From: Macrostomum lignano
Lineage: Eukaryota
Direction of reading: 5' to 3'
Length of the DNA stretch: 64,000 bases
Assembly (NCBI GenBank): GCA_002269645.1
Contig: NIVC01003912.1
Span: forward strand, 1-64,000
The notes below the pieces were generated by a model. It searched no databases. It saw nothing but the letters and a program-made list of their open reading frames with translations, and was not told where the DNA came from. Of the stretch, positions 23,101 to 35,600 are shown piece by piece (position 1 is the first letter of the stretch; each line of letters starts with the position of its first letter). The translations under genes were made by a program, and so were the position numbers.

Positions 23101-26100
23101 GCAAGCTCCTATGAAGGTAGTAACAAATTTATTGCCTTTTAAGCTGGGGTTTAAAATTAAAGTTCAAAACATCACCAGTTCAAAAATTATCATAAAAATT
23201 TCCAAGAAATATTCAGATAGAAACTGACGTCACTAAGCAGTGATAATAGTGGTAAAGTGACAAGATCAAAGAAACTGTTTAACTTACGGACGCAGAAAAA
23301 TGCTCTTTTGCCTTTGCCGAGCCACGACCATTCTCCAGTCTTGGTGCATTCTTGCTCATCGGAGGCGCCAGGAATTTTAAGGTGATCTCCGTGACAAAAC
23401 CACCGCAGCTGGGTCTTGTATGGAAGTACCTGGCTTGTTTCGGTTGTTGAAGCTGTAAAGTTTTGTTCGGTGACGTTAGGTAAGACTTTATAGTAGTCCA
23501 CCCATGAGTAGGACTTCACCCCGGGACAGGTGACTAAGGAGCACTCAAAGCGGATCGGAGACCAACGGTTGCCGATCTCGCAGGTGGCCTCCAAGAATGT
23601 CCCGACAATTGTTTCGTTATTCAACCTGACCGGCTTGTAGCCAATGTCGCACGCGTATCGCACAACCTGACCAACAGGGAAGGCCGAGTTATTCGGCAGC
23701 GTCAGCGGCTTAGCGGTGTCCCCGTAGAGCACCGTTGCCATGGAATTGTTCACTTGAGGTGGCGGTTCAGTGCAGGGGCTCGGCTCACAGCTGAACGGAT
23801 ATCCGCCAGCTAGCGTTGCTGCTTCGCAGAGACATTGCCCCTGGCTTCCGTTTGCAAGAATGTTGCACGTGCCAGACGCGACAGTAAGGCTGGAGTTCAA
23901 GGGACTTGAGTAGTTTTCTAAGCACTGATGCGTAAAATTCAAAGGCTTCTCAGAGACACCGAGACCAGTGGGCTGGATGAGAATCGCATTCGGCACCACA
24001 GGTATGCAGCAGGAGGCCTCGGAAACAGTGAAATTCGAACAGCTACAGTTCAGCCCGCTGGCGTCCCAGATGGCGTTATGGCCGCACTGCATGTAGCCAA
24101 TCCTGCCAGAGTCTGAGCAGTTGAACAGCAGCTTGGATTTGAAGGGAACCAGCAGACTCTGTGGATCAGAATAGCTCTGAACAGCTACCGTTCCCTGGGG
24201 TGTATAGCTGGACATCTGCAGCGTCGGCACCGCACCATCCGGGACGCTGTCAGGGAAAGCGCAGGATTTTGGCAGGCAGATCGGAAATTCAACCGGTTGC
24301 CAAGAACCCGCGGCATTGCAACGGCGAGTGAAGTTCGTAAAACGTTGCGCCGCGGAAGTGTACTCATAGCCAGTCTGGCAGGTATACAGGAATGTCAACT
24401 GGGAGTTCTGGAATGTAAAAAATAGTGGATTTTGGATCGTCTGTAAGTTTTTTATGTCGGCAAGGACAAGAAGATAGTTTTTTTACACTACGAGTGTACA
24501 GGGATGAAAAGCTTCAACGGGACGAAAAAATCTCAGCTAAAGTGAAATGCAATACTTGAATAGTTGCCTGTACTTTTGGAATGACTTTATTGTCGATTTT
24601 AAACAACATAAAGAACAGAAAAAGAAAATCGCAGTAGAACTCCCGGCTCATTTTAGACAAGCAATGCGGCATTTATTCGGCATTAATTTAGAGAGACTCA
24701 CTGCATTAACCAGATAGCGCAAGTCTTGCGAGCTGTTTAAGGCCACCAGGCCGCGACCCAGCAAATAAGAGTCGTTGTGAGGCTGTAGGCATCTCTTTGC
24801 TGAAATTCACGACGTGGGATTAAAATATTCTTCAGCTTCTAATATGCAACAATATTCTAATAAGTTCCGGAGAACAGTAAAATTGAGATCTCCGAGAATT
24901 GTAACAGATTTAAGAGGGCTTACCAACGCAAAATGCTACATCGCCAGCAGTGACCAGCCTCCTTGATAGCTGCACTCCGTTAACGTTGTACGCGAACACG
25001 AGGCGATAGGCCTTGGTTGCGTCACTCTTCTGCACCAGCTGGTAGTCGTCAAACCAATACTTGGGTTTTCTTAGACCTGTGTTGAACTCCAGCATGTCCT
25101 TGTAGCCAGCGGACTGTACATCGCCGCCTCCATGAACTGTCAGATAGTCGCTTTGAATTAGCAGAATCGAAACTAAGTGACCACTGTAACCCGATGGCAC
25201 TTCGCTCAGCAGGGATCTGAAGTCATTACGAATGTCAATCGATCATAATAATAGTAATAACAATAATAATAACTGCAGAAGGGTGCCGGGCACCCTGGTG
25301 CAACGCTTTTGGTGACATTGTCCCACAACCAGCGCTGATGCTCCCACAGGATGTACAGCGGCCCTGGCTTTCTAATCGTCAGGCTTTTACAGTCTCTGTG
25401 CCTTGAGGGTTGATCCTCATGGAACTGAATTGCACAGCTCCCGACAATTTTTTGCGCACAAGCCAAAAATACACGTGACCACGCACGGAATCGAACGAGG
25501 GGTCGAGGCGCGAGAGTCGAGACGCGTTTAGCATTGAGCTGACCTCAATCCGGTATGGGGAGATTTTCGAATTTTTCTTCAAGAAATGTCATGAACCAAC
25601 CTTTTTCGAAATTTGCGCGTGATTTCCCCCACTTATCATTTCTTTAAGTTCAGGCTAAAGAATAAACAAATACGAGTAATTTATAACAAGTGATGGACCA
25701 TCGTTGCTGGGCTTTTCCAGGCCTGGATCCTGCATAAACTCTAGAAACATAAATAGAAGAATAAGCTGAGCAAACAATTCATTAAACCTCAATCAGACAA
25801 TCTATCTTTTTTGCTAGGAGTTTTGTATGCGCAACACGCCCGATTCCAGCATCTACGCTCGTAAAAGGGCGAATCTGAAGCTGACACTTTATTCTTTGTT
25901 CACTGTACTTACCTTTGAAGCCATTTCTATGATAACAGCATCACAATTCACAAAAGTACTTATCCTTAAACCCATCGAGAAGTACGCTTTTAGAACAAAT
26001 AGCCTCTATAGTCTCTCTAGTGTCCTCTTGCGGTTCTCAAATTCTAACATTTGAGGTTGCCATACTGTGACGCACGACACCCCGTTTTTCAGTGGGTTCG

Positions 26101-27649
26101 CCCAGCAAACTCACACGAAGGTGTCCGCTAACTCGGGCGTATCCAATTTCGGCAGCAGGCAGCTGATCAGCAGTTGATCAAGCAGAGTCTCGATAGAGAT
26201 CTGACTGCGGCGAAGGCAGAGGCAGGCAGCTGGTGCGCCCGGATAGCTGCTGGACACGCAGGTCTGGTTTTCACTGGCTGCAGTGCGTCATGGCGAGGAG
26301 AATGTTCTATTCAGTCTCGTTCCATAGCAACTAATCGAGTCCTGAACGGATAACTGCCGCAATTTATTTAAGGAAATTCTTCAATGAAGTTATGTTCAGC
26401 TCCCGAATGAATGATCAAAGCAATATCTTTTGGTCTAAATATAGCAGCAAGAATATTTATTCAAAGCTAAAAAGCATTCCGTCCGTCTGATTCGAATCGA
26501 ATATCCGGATACACTGTTAGGCCTTACCTGAGTAGCCTAAAGAGTACAACAATGTCGCACAAAAGCCTGTAAGAAAATATCATCAGTGAAAGTCTTACAC
26601 GTGCAGTCGGTGGATGTCCAGCAGATTGGATGCACCAGCTCCCAGTGCCGGGTCAGCACGAACTCGAACTGGCAGCTGGAGTTTCCGCCACCGCCATCGC
26701 TGCTGTCGCCTGCTGTGCCGTTGAAATCGCCGCAGGCAAGCAGCCGCATGGCCACCAGGCTGCCCGCGCCGCCACCAGTCGCGTAGGCGTTGCCCTCAGC
26801 AGCCCAGGGAATGCTGGTGAGGTTCTCGTTCAGCCAGCCAACGTTCAGGAGCTGACCGGTGAAGCCCCATCTGAGGCTGCTGCCGTTCAGCAGTGGAATG
26901 TGCGGAGCCTGAGCCCTGTGCTCGATATCCGTTGTCATGGTTACGCCAGAGAGCCAAACCGCAAATGAAGTGCTGTTGAAATTGAAAAAATCACTGCCTT
27001 GCAAAATAACAAACGCTTTGCGCAAGGTAAGCCTAGTTATACAATATCTGTATTATGGTATTGAAGAAATTGCTAAAGTAAAAAAATGCACCAGAAGAAC
27101 ACTTCGAACACAGACCACGAACTTCGAGAACGCCTTCTGTTGCGCTCATTCTCGAACAAGAATATTTGAAGGTTTGGGAGCTCTGCTTAGGCAAAGGCCA
27201 GTGGCTACCGGAGTCTGAGATGATGCAGGCACATGTCGACATGCCGATGAAACAGACTTGAACTTCAGACTGCACTAGGTGCCAACAACAGGGGCACCAT
27301 TCGCTTCGAGTAAAGAAAGCCCAAAAATATGCTATTGATAGGAACAGAGAAGGGCCACTCACTTGACGGAGACCAGCCGAATCAGGGGTGCCAGGAACTC
27401 GGCGCTGTCAGCTATGCGAAACGGTTTCAACCCGTTCATCTCTTTGGTAAAACACGCCTGTCTCTGTTCTAGATAGTCCATGTCTGTGCCAGCGAACTCC
27501 TCCAGATTGAAGGTGTATTCAAAGCCATTGTAGTCCACCGTACTCAGGTGGGAACTTGTTGGTGAGCCCTGTACATCCTGGCAGAAGGATGCAGTGAAGA
27601 CGACTGCAAGTGCCAGACTAGACAAGCACTTTGCAACAATAAAAAGCAT
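20176..27649 (-). CDS. Multi-exon secreted or surface protein: signal peptide, divergent C-type-lectin-like region and about 13 sushi/CCP modules
   Basis: Exons (minus): 27649-27363 (MLFIVAKCLSSLALAVVFTASFC signal), 27303-27092, 26997-26599, 26277-26115, about 25424/25364-25274 (frame ambiguous), 25216-24924, 24799-24702, 24407-23288, 23108-22350, 22282-21539, 20831-20176 (or to a donor at about 20279). GT-AG phases match from 24924 downward. Repeated C...Y.C..GY...C...G.W....C modules and many N-x-S/T sites. The 3' end is uncertain. Confidence 0.82.
21159..21340. mobile_element. Degenerate hAT-type MITE in a sushi-gene intron
   Basis: Right end GGCTACGCCACTG, left end CAGTGG..., flanked by TTGAAAAA / CTGAAAAA (7/8 TSD match). 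Confidence 0.5.
24702..24799 (-). CDS. Internal exon of the sushi gene (start of CCP1), absent from the ORF track
   Basis: tttcag|CA AAG AGA TGC ... AAT GCA|gtgagt, encoding KRCLQPHNDSYLLGRGLVALNSSQDLRYLVNA. Phase 1 in and phase 0 out match both neighbours. Confidence 0.75.
26115..26277 (-). CDS. Internal exon of the CTLD/sushi gene, absent from the ORF track
   Basis: ctgcag|CC AGT GAA AAC ... ACC TTC GT|gtgagt, encoding SENQTCVSSSYPGAPAACLCLRRSQISIETLLDQLLISCLLPKLDTPELADTF. The phase 1 start matches the upstream donor at 26599. Confidence 0.68.
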
Positions 27650-27922
27650 TGTGTTGCAAGTCAACCGTATCGAACGAATGCCTGATGAAGCGTCTTATTG
27701 CCCCTTTTTATGCAAGTAGTTCGTACGGCATCGAAACGTTTACTTAATGCCTCAGGCTTGCTTCACTGCAGAAGAAGGCTATGATTGGTTCGCAACTTAT
27801 TCCCTGTAGCTTCAGTTTCATGCGGAGACAGAACTAGACGCGTAATGAATTGAGTTGTGCAAAAATTCGCTATCTCATTTGAATTGGCGCCATTTTATCT
27901 GACTAGCTACCATGAAGGGGCA

Positions 27923-28180
27923 CCAGTGCCAGGGACGCCAGTGCCAGGGACGCCAGTGCCAGGGACGCCAGTGCCAGGGACGCCAGTGCCAGGGACGCCA
28001 GTGCCAGGGACGCCAGTGCCAGGGACGCCAGTGCCAGGGACGCCAGTGCCAGGGACGCCAGTGCCAGGGACGCCAGTGCCAGGGACGCCAGTGCCAGGGA
28101 CGCCAGTGCCAGGGACGCCAGTGCCAGGGACGCCAGTGCCAGGGACGCCAGTGCCAGGGACGCCAGTGCCAGGGACGCCA
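27923..28180. repeat. Perfect 15-bp tandem repeat CCAGTGCCAGGGACG, about 17 copies
   Basis: Directly visible, with no mismatching units. It lies about 270 bp upstream of the sushi-gene ATG. Confidence 0.98.
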
Positions 28181-29637
28181 TGTCAGAGTGCAGGAGGTGC
28201 CAGCAAAAGGAACGCCATTTACTCTGTTTGGACACCCAAAATCTCGGGTGCTAAAGCTACGACGAGCATTCCGAAATTAATCTACCCGTCATTTTTAATG
28301 CAGCGTACCTTTAAAGTTTAGCGCAAATTCAAGTGCAATATTATTTAGTCGCAGTTGAAAAGTACGAACTAGGCAGCTTGTCTGAGATTTTCACAAGCTG
28401 TAAAAGCAATCCGATCAGGAAATATAAGAAATACAGATGGATTTAGTCCGGAAATGTCTTCATTGAGCGTGAAGCAACCAGATGACGCGGCATCCGTTAG
28501 TGAAGTAACTTTTTTATTAATTTTAATGCTTTTCCTTTTAATCTGTTCAGCTTTATTGTGAGTGCGTCATCTGTTGCACTCATGGTTCGTGTAGCGATCA
28601 CTGTGTACAGGTTAGATAGTTTATTGTAGTCACATTACACACTCTGCAGCAGTGTTTTCATGCTGTTTCACCCTGAAGATGCACCACGGAGTGCGAAACG
28701 CGTCGACTTACAAATGTTGTTTGTTGGTTTTTTATTCTTTCTGTTTGAATAAAATGATAAAAGCTAGTTAACAAGCAACCGAGCGAATATAAAAATTGAA
28801 TCTTGAATATCTGGCAAGCTATTTTGAGTCCAAAAGTTTATTTCTTTCATCGGGGTGAATTTAAGTCACCAGAGAAGTTCATATCTAAGAAAAAAGTTCT
28901 AAGCACTCGTAGATTCGATAAGAGATGTTAACGTCGTCTAAAGGAAACAGTTTTTCGAATACAAATAGATAAAGTCGAAGCAAGTGAGTTTGTCTAAAAT
29001 CACTCAGTAATTTTTAGCATCAACACGAATATGGAAAACAGCGATTACTACATAAATAAAAGGTATTATTTGTTCGTAAAGTTTGGTTCAATAAAAGCAT
29101 TGTGTCTAAAAACTAAAAGCCACTTGAAAAATTCTCCGTATCTAGCTGGCGAAAAGGCTTAAAAGATAGGGATCAAAATGCCCTCTTATTTGTGACGTGA
29201 GGGCAAGATGGACTCTTAGAGTGCATCGAGTGCATCCACCTGGGCCGAGCGCCATTAATTGAAGGTATGGAGTTCATAGTCTGGTGACCTTGATAGCTCG
29301 CCCTCTTTGTACGTGACTGACGATCCAGCTGCACTGAACCATCCTACTAAACATTAATGTCAATATTTTTGAAATACGGAGGACTTTTAAATGGCTCAAC
29401 TAGAAAAAAATACTAAAATCTACTGCGTGCGTACATATACCGATTTGCGTATAAATCTGACAGAGTAACAAAAAATATAGTTCTACGTGTAGAAGTAGTC
29501 AGATCATTTTTGGTCTTACAGCTCTTGCTAAAACACTCACTACACCTAGAAGGCTACACTAGCAGTAAACTCATCTAGTCTGTCCAATAAGAGTAGTTTC
29601 TTAATAGTATTTCAGGTTGCTCCATTCCCTCACTCGC

Positions 29638-32600
29638 TCAGCTCTCGACTCTCGACTTTGCGATGGACCCGTCTCCCTGAGCATTTCCTGTCGTAGGAAG
29701 GACACGGGTGCGCGTTAATGCAAGTAATGAAAAATACTAAAATCAATTTCTCAGAACAAATATCGCTAAGTAATCTTTTTTACTTGTGAGCGAGTACACG
29801 TTCATTTGTGATTGAGTCGCATAGTTTTTAATATGAAGACCAAACCCTATAGAACAGTGTGTGCAATAAAGTGCCTACTACGTACAGCTTCGCACGCAAA
29901 CAAAAAATGTAGCCCACCGAAAGAGCTCCTTACCGTTTTCCAACGGGGTGGTGCAAACTTGACTGGAATGACACCGACCGGCCAACTTGTCTCCGTTGCT
30001 CTCGGGTCACGCACCGTATTCAAATCATTCCTTAAGTTGCTCTCATGTTCTTCTGGGACTTTAGAGTTTCGGTTGCTCCTTCGCATAAGCAGAAGGACTA
30101 CTATAAAAGTCCCAATTAGGCAAAGGGCACCAACTGAAGCACCAACAGCGATGGAAATAATGTTGGTGTTGTTGCTGCTAGTCCTTACAGTAGGCTGCAT
30201 AGCTGTTTTTACGTCCAGCACCCGCAGGTACTCCCAGGAGACCGTCAGGCTGCTGTTGCTCAGGCCAAGTAGCACGAGCTGGCGGTTGTTCATGAGCTGC
30301 ACCAGCAAATAAACAGCGAAGGAAGCACTAGTGTTGGCACCAGACTGACTGTTGACGGTAAAACTGATAAGAACGCTGCCATTTGCAAACTGCATGTCGG
30401 TTAGTTGCGACTCAGCGAGCCTTAGCTGACGCGCAAGCTGACTCGTCAGGTGGCCTTGAAGGCGGCTTTCGTCTGTAACGACGTTAGAGAATGACTCTGT
30501 GACCCTAATTTGGAGTGCCACAGCTATAGTGTCCGTCTCTGAGAGTGTCGGAGCCGTTACACGGGGTAATATAGTCGTCGTGATGCTGTTCCAAAGCGTT
30601 GCAGCTGAAGTTTGCGTCTCTGAGAGTGTCGCCGACGTACTAGTGGGTTCCTGAGTAGAAGTGATGGTACTCTGAGAAGTGCTAGACAAACTCGGCGCTT
30701 TCGAAAGTGTCGCAGATGTACTAGTGGGTTCCTGAGTAGAAGTGATGGTACTCTGAGAAGTGCTAGACAAACTCGGCGCTTTCGAAAGCGTCGCAGACGT
30801 ACTAGTGGATTCCTGAGTAGAAGTGATCGTACTCTGAGAAGTGCTAGACAAACTCGGCGCTTTCGAAAGTGTCGCAGACGTACTACTGGGTGCCTGAGTA
30901 GAAGTGATGGTACTCGAAAAAGACACAGATGAGGTATGCATCTCCGAAATTGTAGTCGTTAAGCGAGATTCAAGTGTTGTTTCAAACGTCGTCCTTGCCT
31001 GGCCAATCTCACTTTCGGTGGTAGATGGAGCGATGGTTGTCTCCGGTTGGAAGCCTGGTGGTCCCTCAAAAACGCCAATAAATGAAGATATGTCATGGCA
31101 CACACACGTTACGTGCCAGATGCCATCGTCGGTCTGGAATGGCGCGCGAGTCGTGCAGTTATCCGGGGTCCAGTCGGCTCCGCTCCAGCTACGGCAGATG
31201 AGGCTGATGCTACTAAGATTCACAGAGCCACTGATGTTGGTGGTGATAGTCACACCATTGCTGAGGCGTGAAACATTCTGGTTCGCACCGTCGCTCGGGT
31301 GAAATATTCCTACGTAGGCCAGAGGACTGCGTCGCGGGGGAATCGTCGGAGAAGCCACTTTGGCCTGTGGAGTGAGCAGATCCTTGTCCAGCAGGATGGT
31401 TCCGATGCAGGCACCGTCCTGGAAGCAGTCAGTCTGGCCACATGACCAGTTATAGTAGCGCTGCTCGAGATCGGCACCAAGTGCAACCTGTTGACGGACT
31501 GTGAAATTGGATAGACAGTCGGTGCTTCCTGAGTCACATCCCATCTCCAGATTGGCTGAACCGACTGAGTTGAAAGACGTCTTGTACACGCGTACAACGG
31601 TCATTGTGGATGCTGCCGCCTGAGCTAGCGAGTTCGGATTTTGACTGTTGCAGAAGGCAGGAACGGTGTTAAGAATTGTAGCCTGGATATCAGCAGCTGT
31701 TGTCGAATCGAGCGTGGAGTGATAGACTCCGGATGCGATGTCGAGGACGGACTTCACTTCAGTGGCAGTTATTTTGCTTGTTGTTCCACGCTGAGATCCC
31801 GACGCGTTGCGCCTTCGCCTTCTTTTTGCGCTGTCTGGCGAAGCTGGTGAAAACGACTGAGAGTGAAACGCATCAAGGCACTTTTTAAGAGTGTTCAGTA
31901 CCAAGTTAGTTATATACTGGCTGTTGGCTCTCGTTTTCCGAAACAGTTGACAGCTTGTTGCAGCCCTGAGACAGGAAACCGATGGCACACTGAAATTATC
32001 GATAAAGTTTGAATATAATACTGCCCTTTAGTTATTTTACACTATTGACAGGTTGGTTTTCTGTTAAAAAAGTGTATTACTATTTAGCATGACTTATATA
32101 CCTTGTGTCTAAAGTCAGAAGATCCCGAATCACCAGTTCCTGCACCAGCTAATTCTTCTTGTTCTTTTCCTCGGACGACAGGCCAGTATCTGGCTCACTC
32201 AGGATCATTCCGCATAGTGCTGGACCGTCAACTACAATACAATATATCAAATGGATACCTAGTTAATTTGAATTCGAAACTAAATAGAAATAGGAAATAC
32301 GAGCTAACTTAATCGCCCTCACAGCTGTTTGAAATATTGTTCAAGTTGTTTAGTAAATCGTCGAGCTTGGCAAGCGTCAGCTGCTTCGCTTGCACCTGAA
32401 TTACAGTAGTAAATGAGAACCAATCGGAGCCTGCTCCGTTAGAGTCGATGGCTGAAGCTTTGCAGATCCAGTTTCCTCCAGGTAGACGAGTGGTGAGCAG
32501 TCTAGCGGGTGTTGGTTCACTAGTTACGCTGACGCACTGGCTTGATGAATCTTGGCGACAGCACATGGCGCTGTAACTGAAGGACACGTCGGAATCGTCA

Positions 32601-35600
32601 GTGATATTCGGCCATATGGTGAGCGTGAAGGGTGTCTCCAGAGCGGCTCCTTGACTGGGAGTCACAGACAGTGATGCATTCACGCGGAAGTCGAACTGGG
32701 CCTGAGCGGTCCCGGAACTGGCGCTGGCGATCAAAAGCAGTCGGTAGGAGACACCGGCAGCAAAGCTGCAGCTTCGTCCTGGCTTAAGAACCAAAGTGAT
32801 GAAGCAGCGTCGATTGGGTACGCATGTATCGGTCAGCGGCGGTCCTACTGAGCACTGCTGAAGCGACAGCGAGCCAAAGCCAGTCTCTTGAGTATCCACA
32901 GACCATTGAGTCTGAGTGATCTCACTGGAAATCACTAAAGCTGTCACCGGGACAGCAGCGTTTGGATTGATTGGTTTGTTGCTCGGCTCGGTCAAGATCC
33001 GGACTGATGGAGGCGGACGAGACAAAATCTGCACAAGCTTTGTACGACTGGACCGTCGCTGACCCCGCTGACAACTCACAGTGAGGTTCATGAAGCCTGA
33101 GGGTAGCTCGTATACACTGGGATCCGGCCAAGGCACTTGGATACTGTTCGATGATGTCTGAGTTCCATCCGAACCGAAGAAGCATGGTCCCAGTGTGTAT
33201 GTTGCGCATGTAGATTGCCTCACCGTTGGCCCACTTGGTCAGATAGAAGGTGCAAAATGTCGTCTCAGTCGAGTAGTCTGGATCGATGATGTACACGGAT
33301 TCCTGCAGTGCATCGCTGACGCCGAGATCAGAGCGACCTCCGCGGACGAACATGAGAACCAGAGGGCGGCTGATCGTCTCCAGAAGCAAAAAGCCGCACG
33401 CCACGTTGGGCCAAGTCGGCATGGAAGCGCAGACACTCAGGTTGTAGGACTGGCCTCCTTGCAGGACTCCAGATCTCAGTCGGAAGAATTTACCTGTGAT
33501 CGCCTGTTGGTCCACATTGATGGCTCTGGTGCCACCGACGATCTTCCACTTGTACTGCAAAATTAAAATGTGGAGAATCACGCCTGATGGCAGTGTAGGT
33601 GCAAGAGCCTAAAGGTATACTATTGTATAGCAGACAGCAGGTGTACTTTATATTCGATAGTACGAGCTAAGACATTTCAGAGATATGCTCATTGAGATTT
33701 TGTTGCAAATTTTGCTTCTCTTATCATACTATGATGCATGATTTATACAATAAGCGTTCTCAGAGTACTGTTACTTACACTCAGAGTGCCGATAGCCTTG
33801 GTATAGCAAAATGACGGTCGTACAAAAAGCACAGCGCTGTACCAAAGATCGGGCTTCACATACTTTTGCTGTCCGAAGATACTAATGCTAAATGGCGTTT
33901 TTTCAACGAGTCGTTTAACTATGATGCTCGCCGTATTCGACTGTGTTCCGCATTCGTTCTGGGCAGAAGCCGTGATGTTGTATGACTCCCCAGGCGGAAT
34001 CTGAAGAATAAAGCAAGATTTGAGACTGTAAATATTATAATTTTTTTTGAGTAATATCTTCTGACTTAAGCGCTTGAGATCACTAACATCCTTTCCGGCG
34101 TAGAAAGTGACTTCTGTGGAAAACTTTGACTGGAATGCGGCCAGCTCAGTTGCTTGACAAGCTGAGCCTGCAGCACACCGGATGTCCCAAGTGATCTGCT
34201 GCACCATCGATCCTCTGATGGTGGCATACAGGTTGAACGAGTCACAGAGTCCGACGGTGGCCACCTGGTTGGCATCTGATTGAACTCCGGCCAAAAAGAT
34301 GACAGGTGGCTTCCGACCGTTTGCATTCACAACAGCGGTGCTGACACTGGAACTGGTGGCCAGGCTGATGTCGCTGCCACCCACATAAATGATATTCGAA
34401 TTGATGCTGATTCGAGAGCCAGAGCAGATTGTTGCGCCACGTCCTTTCCACACGATGAGAGCGTTTGCCCTCGCGTAGCACTTTGGGCCAGCGCAAAAGT
34501 CGACGCATCAAAGATGGCCGAGCACGCCGTCTGTCGCAGCTGGATGTTTGTGTCGAACTGGAGATACAGGTGGTAGCCACTAGCGTCATCAGTTGCTGAG
34601 AGCAGCACCGGACCCTTACTCGAGCGGATCGAGAACGGCAGAGAGTTGTGCCTGGTCGGTGATTGCAAGAGGTGTAACCGATGTGTCACTTGGTGTAAAT
34701 CATTGCATTCATACTTGCAGCAATAAAAACAAACCACTCACTTGAACACCGCATATGCATCGTAGCTAAGTGTTTGCAGCTTGCAGTTCATGACGCTGAG
34801 CTTCCATTGCAGCGACTGTCGGACTTCGGCCAGCGCAGAGATATTGCAGGTGACGCTTGTCGCGCTGTCGAATCTGGCCGGCACAGTGAGAAAGCCAGTG
34901 CGCGGGTCGCATCGGGTGTGGCGGCTAAGATCGTCGCAGTAGAGAAGGCAGACGAGATCGGGCGTGTTGACGAATCCCTGTCCGCTCACTGGCAGAGAGT
35001 AAACGGGATTTTCTAGCGTGAGTCTGCTCCCGACACTCAAGCTGGACAAGCTGGGAGCTCCAAAAACAGTCAAGGTTCCACCGGAAACGTCCTCGATGAC
35101 TGTAGCACCGGAAGCGGTCAAGTATTTAACCTGTAGAGCGTACTCGCGAGCAACGAGACCCGAGGGCACAGAAAAGCGGAACAGACCAGAAGATACATCG
35201 ATGGATATTGCTTGAAGCTCCGTGTAGAGCGACTGTCAATGTGAGGGCGGAAGAAGTAGTTTGTATTTTATCAACGTAAATTACAAAGTTATCAATTGAA
35301 GCTTATAAATTTTGAGTATTGCTGGACTTGCTATCTATTTTGCTAATAATCGCCTAAATCTACATCTGTAAATACATCTGTAAGTAAACCTTTAGGCGCG
35401 TTGCCACTAAATTAGGCCATTAATCGTCACTATCAGGATAAACGGCTTGTACTATTTTTTTCGCCGCGTTTTACATCGTCGTGTAATTTACATTTGTGCA
35501 ATTTGATAGCGGTGTACGTAAAAGAGCCTTTAGTTATATTATTGCAAAAATGGAATTGATGTCTTACCCAATCGGTCACTTTCAGCAGGCGCAGAGTGAT

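Noticed and set aside
27857-28321. (PVPGT)n, (CQGRQ)n and (LASLA)n ORFs
   Set aside because: Artefacts of a perfect 15-bp repeat.
29812-30312. 166-aa plus-strand ORF and other antisense ORFs over the receptor, sushi and UBE4B exons
   Set aside because: These are shadow ORFs of GC-rich coding sequence on the opposite strand, with no independent motifs or splice support.
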